A stretch of DNA of 63,928 nt, filler included, from Squatina squatina (GCA_031763465.1; 3 parts of 3 records of this genome joined end to end with filler, not necessarily neighbours in it), one strand, 5' to 3'; numbered from the whole stretch's first letter, positions 51,200 through 63,098 are shown. The notes: a model not told the origin generated them from the letters alone. Numbers and translations are program-made.

Positions 51200-51915
51200 G
51201 GGCCATTCTATCTTATTCTTATGTTCAGCATTCAGCCTCTCGAGCCTGTTCCGCCATTCAATGAGATCATGGTTGATCTGTATACAACTCCATCCACCCG
51301 CCTTGGCGCCATACCGCTTAATGCACTTGGCTAGTAAAAGTCTACCGATCTCAGATTTTAAGTTAATAAGTGAGCTAGCACCTACTGCTTTTTGTCGGAA
51401 TGTACACATACATACATGTATGCATATATGTGTTTGTATATGTATGTATAAATAAAAGTGTGTGTTTATGTATACAGAGTGTGTGTGTGTGTATATATCT
51501 ATTATATAGCCTGGCTCTGATTTTAAGGTTATGTCCCCTTGTTCTAGACTCCCTCACCAGCAGAAAAAGGTTGCCTCTATCTAATACTAAAAAACCAAGG
51601 GGCAAAAAGGGGGGGAAGGAAATAAATACAATCACTATCACTAGAGAAAAAGTACTAGGCAAACTAATGGGACTAAAGGCTGACTTGATGGCTTACATCC
51701 TAGGATCTTAAAAGAAGTGGCTACAGAGATCGCGAATGCATTGGTTGTAGTCTTCCAAAGATTCCTAGATACTGGAAAAGTCCCAGAGGATTGGAAAACC
51801 GCCAATGTAACGCCCTTAATCAAAAATGGAAGGAGACAAAAAAGCAGGTAATTATAGGCCAGTTAGCCTAACATCTGTCATTGGGAAAATGTTAGAATCC
51901 ATTATTAAGGAAGTA
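51200..51915. mobile_element. CR1 fragments: minus-strand 3' end interrupted by a CA/TG/TA microsatellite, abutting a plus-strand RT-proximal fragment
   Basis: SRTRGHNLKIR on the minus strand; VPEDWKTANVTP and AGNYRPVSLTSVIGKMLESIIKE on the plus strand. Confidence 0.85.
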
Positions 51916-52015
51916 NNNNNNNNNNNNNNNNNNNNNNNNNNNNNNNNNNNNNNNNNNNNNNNNNNNNNNNNNNNNNNNNNNNNNNNNNNNNNNNNNNNNN
52001 NNNNNNNNNNNNNNN

Positions 52016-52828
52016 GGATCAGACTGGGAACAGGGCGGGAGTGAGACTGACTGTCTAGGATCAGACTGGGAACAGGGCGGGTGTGAGACTGAGTCCAGCA
52101 TCAGACTGGGAACAGGGCGGGAGTGAGACAGACTCCAGGATCAGACTGGGAACTGGGCGGGAGTGAGACTGAGAGTCCAGGGTCAGACTGGGAACAGGGC
52201 GTGAGTGGGACTGAGAGTCCAGGATCAGACTGGGAACAGGGCGTGAGTGGGACTGAGAGTCCAGGATCAGACTGGGAACAGAACGGGAGTGAGACTGAGA
52301 GTCCGGGATCAGACTGGGAACAGGGCGGGAGTGGGACTCAGAGTCCAGGATCAGACTGGGAACAGAACGGGAGTGAGAGTGAGAGTCCAGGATCAGACTG
52401 GGAACAGGGCGGGAGTGACACTGAGAGTCCAGGATCAGACTGGGAACACGGCGGGAGTGGGACTGAGAGTCCAGGATCAGACTGGGAACAGGGCGGGAGT
52501 GAGACTGAGTCCAGGATCAGACTGGGAACAGGGCAGGAGTTAGACTGAGAGTCGAGGATCAGACTGGGAACAGGGCGGGAGTGAGACTGACTGTCTAGGA
52601 TCAGACTGGGAACAGGGCGGGTGTGAGACTGAGTCCAGGATCAGACTGGGAACAGGGCGGGAGTGGGACTGTGAGAGCGGGATCAGACTGGGAACAGGGC
52701 GGGAGTGGGACTGAGAGTCCAGCATCAGACTGGGAACAGGGCGGGAGTGAGACTGAGAGTCCAGGATCAGACTGGGAACAGGGCGGGAGTGAGACAGACT
52801 CCAGGATCAGACTGGGAACAGGGTGGGA
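52016..52828. repeat. Minisatellite, consensus 42 bp (GGATCAGACTGGGAACAGGGCGGGAGTGAGACTGAGAGTCCA) with shorter variants, about 20 copies
   Basis: Tandem units directly visible. Confidence 0.95.
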
Positions 52829-53046
52829 GATGACTTACAATATGTTAGATTTATCCTGTTTTTTGTGGATACGTGGTACCTGGGCAATCTGACACATTGT
52901 CAGTTAGATGCCAATGACAGGGCTGTACTGGACCAGCTTATCTTATGTAGCGGTGAGCTCAGGTGCACAGGTCTTCAGCACTAAAGCCGAGATGTTATCA
53001 GGACCCATAGCCATTGCCATGTCCAGTTCATCAGCAACCTCTCAAC

Positions 53047-53201
53047 CAATATTTCCTGTAAGCTGCACGGCTGCGCAGTGCTCCAGGGATCCCACACAGC
53101 CGGCTTGCCGACTTTGCGATGTAAAATCCGTGCATGTGTGGTATTTTCAATGGCCCCTTAAAGGAGCCACACAGCACCAAACAAAATTATAGGGAACATT
53201 A
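53047..53201. mobile_element. hAT-type MITE with an 8-bp target-site duplication, nested in an old LINE
   Basis: Imperfect TIRs CAATATTTCCTGTAA / TTATAGGGAACATTA; CTCTCAAC flanks both ends (53039-53046 and 53202-53209). Confidence 0.8.
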
Positions 53202-54175
53202 CTCTCAACGTCACATAGAGTGAATCGAATCGGATGGACGCTGACATCTAGGTTGGAGGGGACCTCAGGGAAAGACCCTGTAGGGTCGTCTACTCAGGCT
53301 CGTGTCTTGCACTCATGTGCTGGGTTCCGACGTGGCTGAATTATTGATAGAATCATAGAATGGTACAGCGCAGAAGGTGGCCATTCAGCCCATCGTGTCT
53401 GTGCCGGCTCTTTGAAAGAGATGTCCAATTAGTCCCACTCCCACCGCCCTTTCCCCACCGCCCTTTCCCCACCGCCCTGAAAATTTCAGGTCTTTATCGA
53501 TTCCCTTTTGAAAGTTAGTATTGAATCTGCTTCCACCGCCCTTTCAGGCAGTGCATTCCAGAGATTATTGTAGAGATTATCAGTCGACTGTTTATCTGTG
53601 CTGTTACTGAGAATAGACTGTTAAAAATGTTCAGCTGTTGATGTCATGTAGTCAGGACACACAACATTAACCAATTATTCCCCTTAATATATAGTGCAAT
53701 GATCTCGCTAGAGCCGAGGAGACCAATAGGAATACACAGTCTTTACATTCATCTATTTTGCATTGAAAATGTTCCGATATTTACTTCTATTTTGCTAAAG
53801 TATTTTAATAAGTAATCCTATTAAAACCCTTGTTATTACCGTTCCTTGAGTTAGCTAAGATCTCTGCATGTACGTTGGAATGATGTCTTACACTCGCCTT
53901 CTCGTGGCACAGGAACCACGTCAATTGTCAATCGTTTTATTTCAATTCAATATATTTATATAAAATCACTGCTGTCTTAATTTATTTGGGCTCCGAACGT
54001 TGAACGTTGAACCACTGAACACTTCAAAATGCTGGGAAATGAACCGAAAACGTGTCAAAAATCAATCGTTCCTGAGGGGCAGAGCCCCAGACCCTTCCCT
54101 ACTTCCGCCCCTTTTGCTTTGTCCCCAGGTTCTACATTATTCTTCACTGTTCCACGTTCAAGACCATCACATCAC

Positions 54176-54415
54176 CTGAAGCGCCTGCATTATTTACAAG
54201 GATATCCAGCCGTTTCTCCTCCTTCTTAATCCGCTCCGTGAATTTCCGGACCGATTCCATGGAGCTGGTGTCCAGAATGCGCAGGTGAACGTTACTGTTC
54301 CCTGTCCTGCGCCGTATCTCTCGCTCCGCTCTCTGTCCTCGCTCCAAACTGCGGCAGGCCAGGATCACACGGGCATTTCTCTGGGCAAAGTCCTGTGCGA
54401 TGTGCCTCCCGATCC
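54176..54415 (-). CDS. Retinol dehydrogenase 11/12-like short-chain dehydrogenase/reductase, internal exon
   Basis: gcccag|GIGRHIAQDFAQRNARVILACRS...LDTSSMESVRKF...RLDILVNNAG..|gtgatg; end of the Rossmann GxxxGIG motif and the NNAG motif. Confidence 0.9.
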
Positions 54416-54856
54416 CTGGGCACACAGAAAAAAGGCTTATGGCTCCAAAATACAATGCTTTTCCTTTCGGGATTTGGATAAATGCTTGAAAGATTAAAAC
54501 AAATTGCAGGGATACAGGGAAAGAGCGGGCAGGGATGGGACTAACTGGATAGCTCTTCAAAAGAGCAGACGCAGACTCGATGGGCCGAATGGCTTCCTTC
54601 TGTGCTGTACTATTTGATGATTCTATGAGGGGAGATGCCACCTTTACAACATCCCTCCCTCCCTCGCTCTCCTTACAGCGGCCCTCCCTCTCCTCTATTT
54701 AGAAGTGGGGGACTCGATCGTGGGAAGGGAGGCATTTTGGGTGGGGGGGGGGGGGTNNNNNNNNNNNNNNNNNNNNNNNNNNNNNNNNNNNNNNNNNNNN
54801 NNNNNNNNNNNNNNNNNNNNNNNNNNNNNNNNNNNNNNNNNNNNNNNNNNNNNNNN

Positions 54857-55535
54857 AGCTTCCAGATGGTACTGGTAGTTCTGAAGGGAGAGAAGCTGGA
54901 GACGAGGGCCCAGGCAGGATAAAACTGGTATCACGTCACTCAATGGCCTCCCGCAAAACCCGGAGCATTCCAGTGTGAGGTGGGTCAGCTTCTTCCAGGA
55001 AGTAAGGTGCGACAAGTCACTCAGTCCATCATCATGGGCAACCACGGCTTCTGCAACCTCTCTGCAGGTGGACGCTAAGATGGAGAGATCCTGGCCCGAG
55101 ACGACATCCAACCGTCTCAGACAGAGTGCTGTCTGCGAGGCTCCATCCCCTGACATTAGTCCGGACCATGCTACCTCAGCCAGCGAGGGGAAGCCACTGG
55201 TCTGGAGAAACTGTTGGCCATTTCCAAAGTGCTGTCCATGAATCAGAGTTAACGCTTCCACGAGGAACGTGTGAGTGACGTACTCTAACCTGGGAAGAGC
55301 CAGCAGCAGAAATGCCATGACCGCTACGTGCTGCGTAACGTCGCTTGGGGACAGTGTCACCCCCTCGGTCAGGAGCTTCCGCAGCCGGAGAGTGGTGAAC
55401 GCAGCTCGAGTCTGATCGTACACCAGGTGCAGCAGCCCCAAGGACGTTACCTCCTTACATTGCGACACGTCCAGCTCTCTCAGTTCGCTGCAGGTACATC
55501 CAATGGCCGACAGCACCTGGCTGTTGCACTGGGTG
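54857..55535 (-). CDS. Uncharacterised leucine-rich-repeat (cysteine-containing/RNI-like) protein fragment, gap-bounded on both sides
   Basis: About 226 stop-free codons; LSAIGCTCSELRELDVSQCKEVTSLGLLHL is a cysteine-containing LRR unit, with further LxxLxL units. Confidence 0.75.
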
Positions 55536-56575
55536 NNNNNNNNNNNNNNNNNNNNNNNNNNNNNNNNNNNNNNNNNNNNNNNNNNNNNNNNNNNNNNNNN
55601 NNNNNNNNNNNNNNNNNNNNNNNNNNNNNNNNNNNGCAGGAGCATCGGTACGAGGTAAAAAAAAAGTGGCTGCTCAGAGCATGGGATCGGTTATCACTCA
55701 CACTGCCTGCAAAAGCACCGGCAGCGCATCAAACACAGACTCCCAGTACCTGCCATCACTACAGCCACCCAGCAGCTATACCTGAACAAAGCTTTCTCTG
55801 CACCCAGGATCTGCACCGTTGAGGCTGGGTACTTTGCCAGATTCGTCAGACTGCCTGCGTGAGAAATCAGGCGGGCACCAACCTAAAAACGGAACAAAGA
55901 ACAGTCAAGAGTCTCTCAGGCTCAGCATTTACAAGTCGACACTTTAGGGGACACCTCTCTCGCTTCTCACTCCTCCCGCCCACTACATAGTACCCAAAAA
56001 GCCGCCAGGCCCCAACACCAAAGGAAATAGCAGCCAGGGTCCAGCTGTCAAATGCCCTCGGACAGGGTGATCTTTATTCGAAACTGGCAAGTTCTCAAGT
56101 GACCAGGGCTTCTGGTTACAGCGACCAGCTGCTCCCTGGGCGCGGTGCTCAGATGCCTTAGGGAGCTGCAGATATGTTTCTTCGAAATTGGCTGCAGGGT
56201 TTTCCCACCTCTCCAAGGGATGGTGCACTCTCTGCGTGTGTGGCTGCACTGGGCAGGCTTGCTTTTCACATGTTCACACAATCCGTGATGGAAAAGCTCC
56301 TTTTAGAAGCGGACCCCAGCCCAGGGGACAAATGCACAGTCAACCCACTTATTAACTATTTCCAAATTCCTAACATTGGGGCCAATGCCCTCGAATGGCT
56401 CCCTTCATTGTAAATAGCAAAACAGACAATATTCAGCTACATCTCTACTCTCATACACGGGGACAGCTGGGAGAATGACCCATCACTGGGGGATGAACGA
56501 GTAAGATCACAAGTAGTATGGGAACCTCCCATTCCCGCACCATCCTAACAGCCTGTTACCAGGGTTGGAGAGAAC

Positions 56576-56644
56576 ACACTCAGAACATGGATCTTCCTCA
56601 CAGTGAATCAGAGGATTGACAGATTTAACAGATCATCACAGTGT
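56576..56644 (-). ncRNA. SNORD110: Box C/D snoRNA, SNORD110-like copy B (NOP56 intron)
   Basis: Minus strand: acac-t-GTGATGA...AAATCTGTCAATCCT-CTGA(D')...CTGA-gtgt; terminal stem; guide antisense to 18S rRNA AGGAUUGACAGAUU. Confidence 0.82.
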
Positions 56645-56848
56645 GTCTCGCATTGACCGAATCTAAACTCTGCAACGGTCACACCAGAGCCGGCATGACC
56701 TGAAACAAGGTCACTGTACTGCCCAGTCTGCAGGTGTACTGCACTGGATACAAGCAACTGTCAGTGTACAAAAACAGCAAGGGCAGAAGTGACTTAAAAT
56801 CTCAATGACACGGTCAACATAACTCCCACAGGAAAACACCAGACTGAC

Positions 56849-57032
56849 CCATAGAACTGCGAGATGCATCCAGGATAGCCTGGGCTTTGGCGCTGTCCAT
56901 CACAACCTCCTCCAGTGCCTCAAGACTCTCCTCAGACAGCTCCTTGCGGTTTCCAATCAGCTTCGCCAGCCGACAGTAAGTGTAATTCTCAGCAACGATC
57001 TTGATGAGCTCCGGGAAGTGGTATCCATACCA
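56849..57032 (-). CDS. NOP56: Nucleolar protein 56 exon (5'-truncated by gap)
   Basis: [32 protein letters not shown]...[14 protein letters not shown]|gtcagt. Confidence 0.96.
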
Positions 57033-58086
57033 NNNNNNNNNNNNNNNNNNNNNNNNNNNNNNNNNNNNNNNNNNNNNNNNNNNNNNNNNNNNNNNNNNNN
57101 NNNNNNNNNNNNNNNNNNNNNNNNNNNNNNNNNNNNNNNNNNNNNNNNNNNNNNNNNNNNNNNNNNNNNNNNNNNNNNNNNNNNNNNNNNNNNNNNNNNN
57201 NNNNNNNNNNNNNNNNNNNNNNNNNNNNNNNNNNNNNNNNNNNNNNNNNNNNNNNNNNNNNNNNNNNNNNNNNNNNNNNNNNNNNNNNNNNNNNNNNNNN
57301 NNNNNNNNNNNNNNNNNNNNNNNNNNNNNNNNNNNNNNNNNNNNNNNNNNNNNNNNNNNNNNNNNNNNNNNNNNNNNNNNNNNNNNNNNNNNNNNNNNNN
57401 NNNNNNNNNNNNNNNNNNNNNNNNNNNNNNNNNNNNNNNNNNNNNNNNNNNNNNNNNNNNNNNNNNNNNNNNNNNNNNNNNNNNNNNNNNNNNNNNNNNN
57501 NNNNNNNNNNNNNNNNNNNNNNNNNNNNNNNNNNNNNNNNNNNNNNNNNNNNNNNNNNNNNNNNNNNNNNNNNNNNNNNNNNNNNNNNNNNNNNNNNNNN
57601 NNNNNNNNNNNNNNNNNNNNNNNNNNNNNNNNNNNNNNNNNNNNNNNNNNNNNNNNNNNNNNNNNNNNNNNNNNNNNNNNNNNNNNNNNNNNNNNNNNNN
57701 NNNNNNNNNNNNNNNNNNNNNNNNNNNNNNNNNNNNNNNNNNNNNNNNNNNNNNNNNNNNNNNNNNNNNNNNNNNNNNNNNNNNNNNNNNNNNNNNNNNN
57801 NNNNNNNNNNNNNNNNNNNNNNNNNNNNNNNNNNNNNNNNNNNNNNNNNNNNNNNNATGTATGGGACATATTGCAGACACCTTCTCGTCACAACAGTAGC
57901 AGAAGACGCAAAGCATTAGCTCTCGGACCTCACTGTCCCCAGGCATACATGTACCTATAAAGCCCAGACACCCTTAGTAACTAGCCCATAGAGCCCAGAA
58001 ACCCTCACTACCCAGCCCGATGCCACTACAAGCAGAATCTCATGCTGCCCACTCCCATATTTACCGCCAGAGCCACCAAATCTTAC

Positions 58087-58254
58087 CTCGAAGGATTTCT
58101 GCCACCACCCCTCCAGTCTGGCATTGAATGCCAATCTCCTCCTGAAGTGCGGCTCCAATTTTCGGATCCGCCACCCCCAGAATCACCTTCTTTTTCTTGC
58201 TGGAAGCAGGCATGTTGGTCTCCAGTAGGAGCCTCATGTCCTCGTGAACAATAC
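58087..58254 (-). CDS. NOP56: NOP56 internal exon
   Basis: ttgcag|GIVHEDMRLLLETNMP..KKKKVILGVADPKIGAALQEE...GGVVAEILRG|gtaaga. Confidence 0.95.
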
Positions 58255-58324
58255 CTGCAACACAGCCAACAGTCAGCAGTCTGAAAGGAGCCATGGGTGG
58301 GACACTGGTGCAGCCCCGTCTCAG

Positions 58325-58388
58325 TGCTCAGGTCGATTAGTTTACTTCACCGCAGTCAGTGGATTGACAGATATGAGACATCATTGCA
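58325..58388 (-). ncRNA. SNORD110: Box C/D snoRNA, SNORD110-like copy A (NOP56 intron)
   Basis: Minus strand: tgca-ATGATGT...ATCTGTCAATCCA-CTGA(D')...CTGA-gca; D box about 70 nt upstream of the 3' splice site at 58255, as is typical. Confidence 0.8.
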
Positions 58389-58785
58389 TGACAGAACACC
58401 TCCCGCCTCCCCCCTACCCCACTTCAAGACTAAACCCAGGGAACCCACCCACTCCCAATGGAGTGAATGATTTCTGAAAAGTTTTAGAAATACTGTACCC
58501 AAACTCCAATTAGCAGCCCAATAGGCCCAGCCTTGTGGACACAAATAGTGCAACTACTTGGCAGTGTTACATGCCAGCTTGTTGGAGTGAGTTGTGGGAT
58601 GGGGGTTCCATTACAGCCAGTGCACCACATTGAGGAAGGGGGAAAGTGCTCGTCAGGGCACCGATTCTCCACCATTACCCTGCAAAGCACAAGAACAGTC
58701 AAAGTGACAAGTCGCCATATAGCTACCCGGCACCCTATCCATGCCAGCACCTTCAGGAGACACTAAGGAAGAAGCAAATACTCAC

Positions 58786-58900
58786 CTTCAGAAATAGCAT
58801 TGATGTTTTCCAGGGCACTCTGAGCAGATTTAAATGGTGAAAATGCCACTAGTTTAACAATGCTGTTGAACTTCCCGATTGTCAGCACACTCTCCTCCAC
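58786..58900 (-). CDS. NOP56: NOP56 internal exon
   Basis: ttccag|[39 protein letters not shown]|gtgagt. Confidence 0.95.
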
Positions 58901-59089
58901 CTGGAACAGGAAGACAGTTATATGAAGGAGCTGCGAGGACTGACCCAGTTTAGGAGCTGGGACACACTAGATACTGGCTGGAACTGAGNNNNNNNNNNNN
59001 NNNNNNNNNNNNNNNNNNNNNNNNNNNNNNNNNNNNNNNNNNNNNNNNNNNNNNNNNNNNNNNNNNNNNNNNNNNNNNNNNNNNNNNNA

Positions 59090-59575
59090 GAGTCCAGGGA
59101 GAGAGCGCGGTGGGGATAAAAGCAGCGGAGGCCTGAGAGCTCGATGAGTCAACCCAGGCAGAATTTGAAAAAGTGACATCAGAGTTAAAAAGTGACGTTG
59201 GCACAGCGGTGGGCGGTGGTGTGGGGAGCGGCGGGGGGGCGGTGGTGGGTGGGGAGCGGTGGTGGCGGGGGGTGCAGTGGTGGGTGTCTGATTGGTGAGT
59301 AGCAGGAAAGTGTTTCTGGTTTCTACTTATTAGTATATTAAGTAGAGGTAAGTGTTTGTGTTTCTGATTAATAACCTATTCAGTGAAGGTAAGGTTTCTA
59401 GTCTATTAAGGGCACAGCAGGGCAGCACACCCCCATGGAGTGCAGATCCTGTACCATGTGGGAAGTCCTGGATGCTCCTCACGGTGTAGACAACCACATG
59501 TGCAGGAAGTGTCGCCAGCTACAGCAGCTCAAACCCGGGGCTTCAGAGCTTGAGCGGTGGCTGGAGTCACTGCAG
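59090..59575 (+). mobile_element. CR1-clade LINE 5' region with degenerate ORF1 zinc finger
   Basis: MECRSCTMWEV...HMCRKCRQLQQL, a CxxC..CxxC followed by a coiled-coil, typical of CR1 ORF1. Confidence 0.6.
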
Positions 59576-60101
59576 CGGGAGCGGAACTGCGAGGGGTCGG
59601 TGCAGAGGTGAGAGCTTAACGAGCGCAGCGAGAGGCACACTCTATCTGAGGCCAGTGGCAGAGTTCCAGAANNNNNNNNNNNNNNNNNNNNNNNNNNNNN
59701 NNNNNNNNNNNNNNNNNNNNNNNNNNNNNNNNNNNNNNNNNNNNNNNNNNNNNNNNNNNNNNNNNNNNNNNATCAAGTTATCGGGAGTTCCAGCGGGAAA
59801 GTCGAGTTGAGGTCAATGATTACCCATGATCTTATTGAATGGCGGAGCAGGCTTAAGGAGTTGAATGGCCTATTCCTGCTCCTATTTCCTATGTTCTTAC
59901 TGCTTGCCATTCTGTTCTGCCCAGGGATCCTACAAGGTGTGTGGTGTTCGGGGGTGGGGGGGCTTCAAATGACTCGTTTGCACTCCCAGTGGGTGAGGTT
60001 TATTGTTGGGAGCACAAAGCCAGAAATGGCTTCTTTGGAGTCATTTTTGTAAATGTCCAAGACCAGTCTAACCTTCATTCTTTCTCTTGTGTTGCTGTTA
60101 G

Positions 60102-60261
60102 TGCTCTAATTGTTCTCACTAACCAGAGTTACGTTATTGAGCATCTTGGGGGAGATGGACACAGGTACCACCTGGTGTATAGACCTGAGCACCTCAAATC
60201 AAGAGAGATTGGGTGCAGAGGCAGACATCAAATCCCTGAACATATTCAGCAGCCGATTCGG
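60102..60261 (+). CDS. ADAM-family (reprolysin) prodomain exon
   Basis: ctgttag|ALIVLTNQSYVIEHL....HLVYRPEHLKSREIGC...|gtaagc; fits the GLI....SY.IEP...H.VY..E.L...(cysteine switch) pattern. Confidence 0.75.
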
Positions 60262-60999
60262 GTAAGCATTGTGCCTTGTGTTTAATTTATGCCTGGTTGG
60301 TGCAGCCGTGTGTTAGATTGAAGAATCTGTGCAGTTGACAAATAGAACATATCAATGAACTAGAATCATAGAATGATACAGCATTCTAGAAGGCGGCCAG
60401 TTGGCCCATCATGCCTTTGGTAGAGCTATTCAGTTAGTCCTACTCCTTTGCTCATTCCCTGTAGCCCTGAAATGTTTTTCAATGTGAACCTATGAACAGG
60501 AAAAGACAAACTGGTCCATCTAGGCAGTTGTGATGCCTTATGCATTAGGTCAGTAGTTTCCCTACCCTCTCGGTGCCATGTTGTCTCCTGGGAGAGGCAT
60601 GTCAGTGACTTTTAGAAGTGTGATTGCAACAGATGCAGAGTTCAAATGATATAACTCCAATCTCTTTCCTTTTTTGGCCCTAATTTCCTCCCATTTTCTC
60701 TTGCGAATGCACTGACCTCACACAGTTGCACAGCCATCACCCAAGCAACCATTCATGTGTCAGCCCAGACAATCTTAACTCACAAACAACGGGTGGGTTG
60801 GGGTAGTGTCAGAGGTTAAAATGCAACAAATCTGGAACAGGAGCCGAGCCTGCCTCAAACCCACTCACTCCGGTTCTAACGGAGGTGGTACAAGGGCCGN
60901 NNNNNNNNNNNNNNNNNNNNNNNNNNNNNNNNNNNNNNNNNNNNNNNNNNNNNNNNNNNNNNNNNNNNNNNNNNNNNNNNNNNNNNNNNNNNNNNNNNN

Positions 61000-61295
61000 C
61001 ACTGAAAAAATACAACATCCCCACCGACTCATGGGAATCTCTGGCCCAAGATCGCCCGAAATGGAGAAGAAACATCCGTGAAGGCGCCAACAGCTTTGAG
61101 TTTCTCCGGCGGAAGGCCAAGTGCAGGCAGCGGAAGGAGCGCATGGAACCACGAGCATCCCATCAACTACCACCTGCCCGACCTGCAGTCAAGTTTGCAG
61201 ATCCCGTATCGGACTTTTCAGCCACCTCAGAATCCACAACTCCAGAGTGGAAGCAAGTCATCCTCGACCCCAAGGGACTGCCTCAGAAGACGACT
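61000..61295 (+). mobile_element. RTE-clade LINE 3' end
   Basis: LKKYNIPTDSWESLAQDRPKWRRNIREGANSFE...; frameshifted CPTCSQVCRSRIGLFSHLRIH zinc finger and short 3' UTR. Confidence 0.8.
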
Positions 61296-61887
61296 GAGGG
61301 AGTGTTTGTGGAGCTTGCTATGTTCAAATTGGCTGTCGCATTTCCTCCTTTATAACGGAGATTACACTTCAAAAAGCATTTCATTGGCTGCAAAGCACTT
61401 TGGGATGTCCGGTGGTCATGAAAGGTGCGATATATTTGCAAGCCTTTCTTTCTTGCCAGAATTGTATCAAATGATACTGTCTGCTTCAGTTGCCTTCATG
61501 GTCTCATTGAACTGATGGTTCTTTGCTGCAGAAATTTCCAGCTTTCGTCAAATCATTTAAGCCACAATTTTAACCTCCGATGAGAACCGGGTGGGCAGAG
61601 AGTTAAATAGGAGCAGAGAGCTTCCCTCTCCATTCTCGACTCACCCACACCCGCCGCCCTTTTAACTTCTGCGTTTGCATAGGATATACAGCACAGAAAC
61701 AGACTATTTGGCCCAAGTGGTCTGTGCTGTTGTTTGCAGCAGCCAGGGGGTGCCCGTGTCACGAGCAGGCCAGATCTTTACGACATCATCAGTCCACAGG
61801 CATTTTAGGGACCGGCAATAAATAAAACGGTCACGTCAAGAAATTATAACTTGTTAAATGTAAATGCAATTTCATTTCCTCTTTCAG

Positions 61888-61959
61888 TATCAGAGTGCAT
61901 TTAACAGCAAACGAAAAGTGATCAGTCGATTAGCTAATGCAGTTAATTACGTGGATTTG
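61888..61959 (+). CDS. ADAM metalloprotease-domain exon (72 bp)
   Basis: tttcag|YQSAFNSKRKVISRLANAVNYVDL|gtgagt; R....VNYVD helix of the reprolysin domain. Confidence 0.8.
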
Positions 61960-62029
61960 GTGAGTATGAGAACAGATTCAGATATTGGTACCATCGATCA
62001 CAGCAATAACTTTCTCTGTACTCCATCGC

Positions 62030-62592
62030 AGTGTGCAGTGAGGCCGAGGTTTATGGGATGGGTAAACTGCGCAGTGAGGCAGGGGGTTTATGGGATGGGT
62101 AAACAGGGCAGTGAGGTGAGGAGTTTTTTGGTTTTGGTGAACAGCGCAGTGAGGCGGATGTTTTATGGGATGGGTAAACAGTGCAGTGAGGCAGGGGTTT
62201 ATGGTTTTGGTAAACAGCGCAGTGAGGCGAGGGGTTTATGGTTTTGGTAAACAGCACAGTGAAGCAGGGGGTTTATGGGATGGGTAAACTGAGCAGTGAG
62301 GTGGGGGGTTTATGGGATGGGTAAACAGCGCAGTGAGTTTGGGGTTTAGAGAATGGGGAAACAGCGCAATGCGACGGCGAGCTTATGGGATGGGTAAACA
62401 GTGCAGTGAGGCGGGGGTTTAGGAGATGGGGAAACAGCGCTGTGAGGCGGGGAGCCTATAGGATAGGGAAACGGCACAATGAGGTTGGGGGTTTATGGAA
62501 TGGGTAAACAGTGCAGTGAGGCGGGAGGTTTATGGGCTGGGTAAACAGCGCAGTGAGGTGAGGGGGGTTCATGGTTTTGGTAAACAGCGCAG
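62030..62592. repeat. Intronic minisatellite, unit about 36-39 bp (CAGTGAGGCGGGGGTTTATGGGATGGGTAAACAGCG), about 15 copies
   Basis: Tandem units directly visible. Confidence 0.92.
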
Positions 62593-63098
62593 AGAGCTGG
62601 AGGNNNNNNNNNNNNNNNNNNNNNNNNNNNNNNNNNNNNNNNNNNNNNNNNNNNNNNNNNNNNNNNNNNNNNNNNNNNNNNNNNNNNNNNNNNNNNNNNN
62701 NNNGGTGAGACCACACCTGGAGTATTGTGTCCAATCAAATGATGTCCTCAGATCCACTTACTTTTAATTGGCTGGGAACCTCGCAGGGCGGGCTTAACAA
62801 ACCCAATCAGGACAAAAATCACTTTAACAAAGCGCAATGGAACCGGGAGCGGGGTCTCAGTCCGCCACCTACCTTAGCCCGCCTTGGTAGGCGCAACCGC
62901 GGCCAGAGAGAAAGGGGGAGGGAGGCACAGTCTGTTTGAATAACTTTTGAACCAATTTCCCTCACATCCCTATGGGAAAGCAGCTCAGACTCTCTGTCTG
63001 TGAAGCTGCTGCTTCTGCTATAAAGCGCACTTACACGTGGCATTCCCATCCAGTTTTTGTTCCTTTATGTCAATACTTGTTTGCTCTTGTTTTCCTAG

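Noticed and set aside
52016-52828. Regular 42-bp array as a CRISPR array or a (GSDWEQGGSETESP)n protein
   Set aside because: No unique spacers and no cas genes; 38-40 bp variant units break the frame; vertebrate minisatellite.
56957-57960. 300-aa ORFs in the supplied track
   Set aside because: Almost entirely N; only the NOP56 exon portion is real.
58331-58345. ACTAATCGA upstream of the D box as a second rRNA guide
   Set aside because: The 28S match I recall is in the sense orientation, not antisense, so no target can be assigned.
62030-62592. 36-39 bp array as a CRISPR-like locus
   Set aside because: Units are contiguous degenerate copies with no spacers, inside an ADAM intron.
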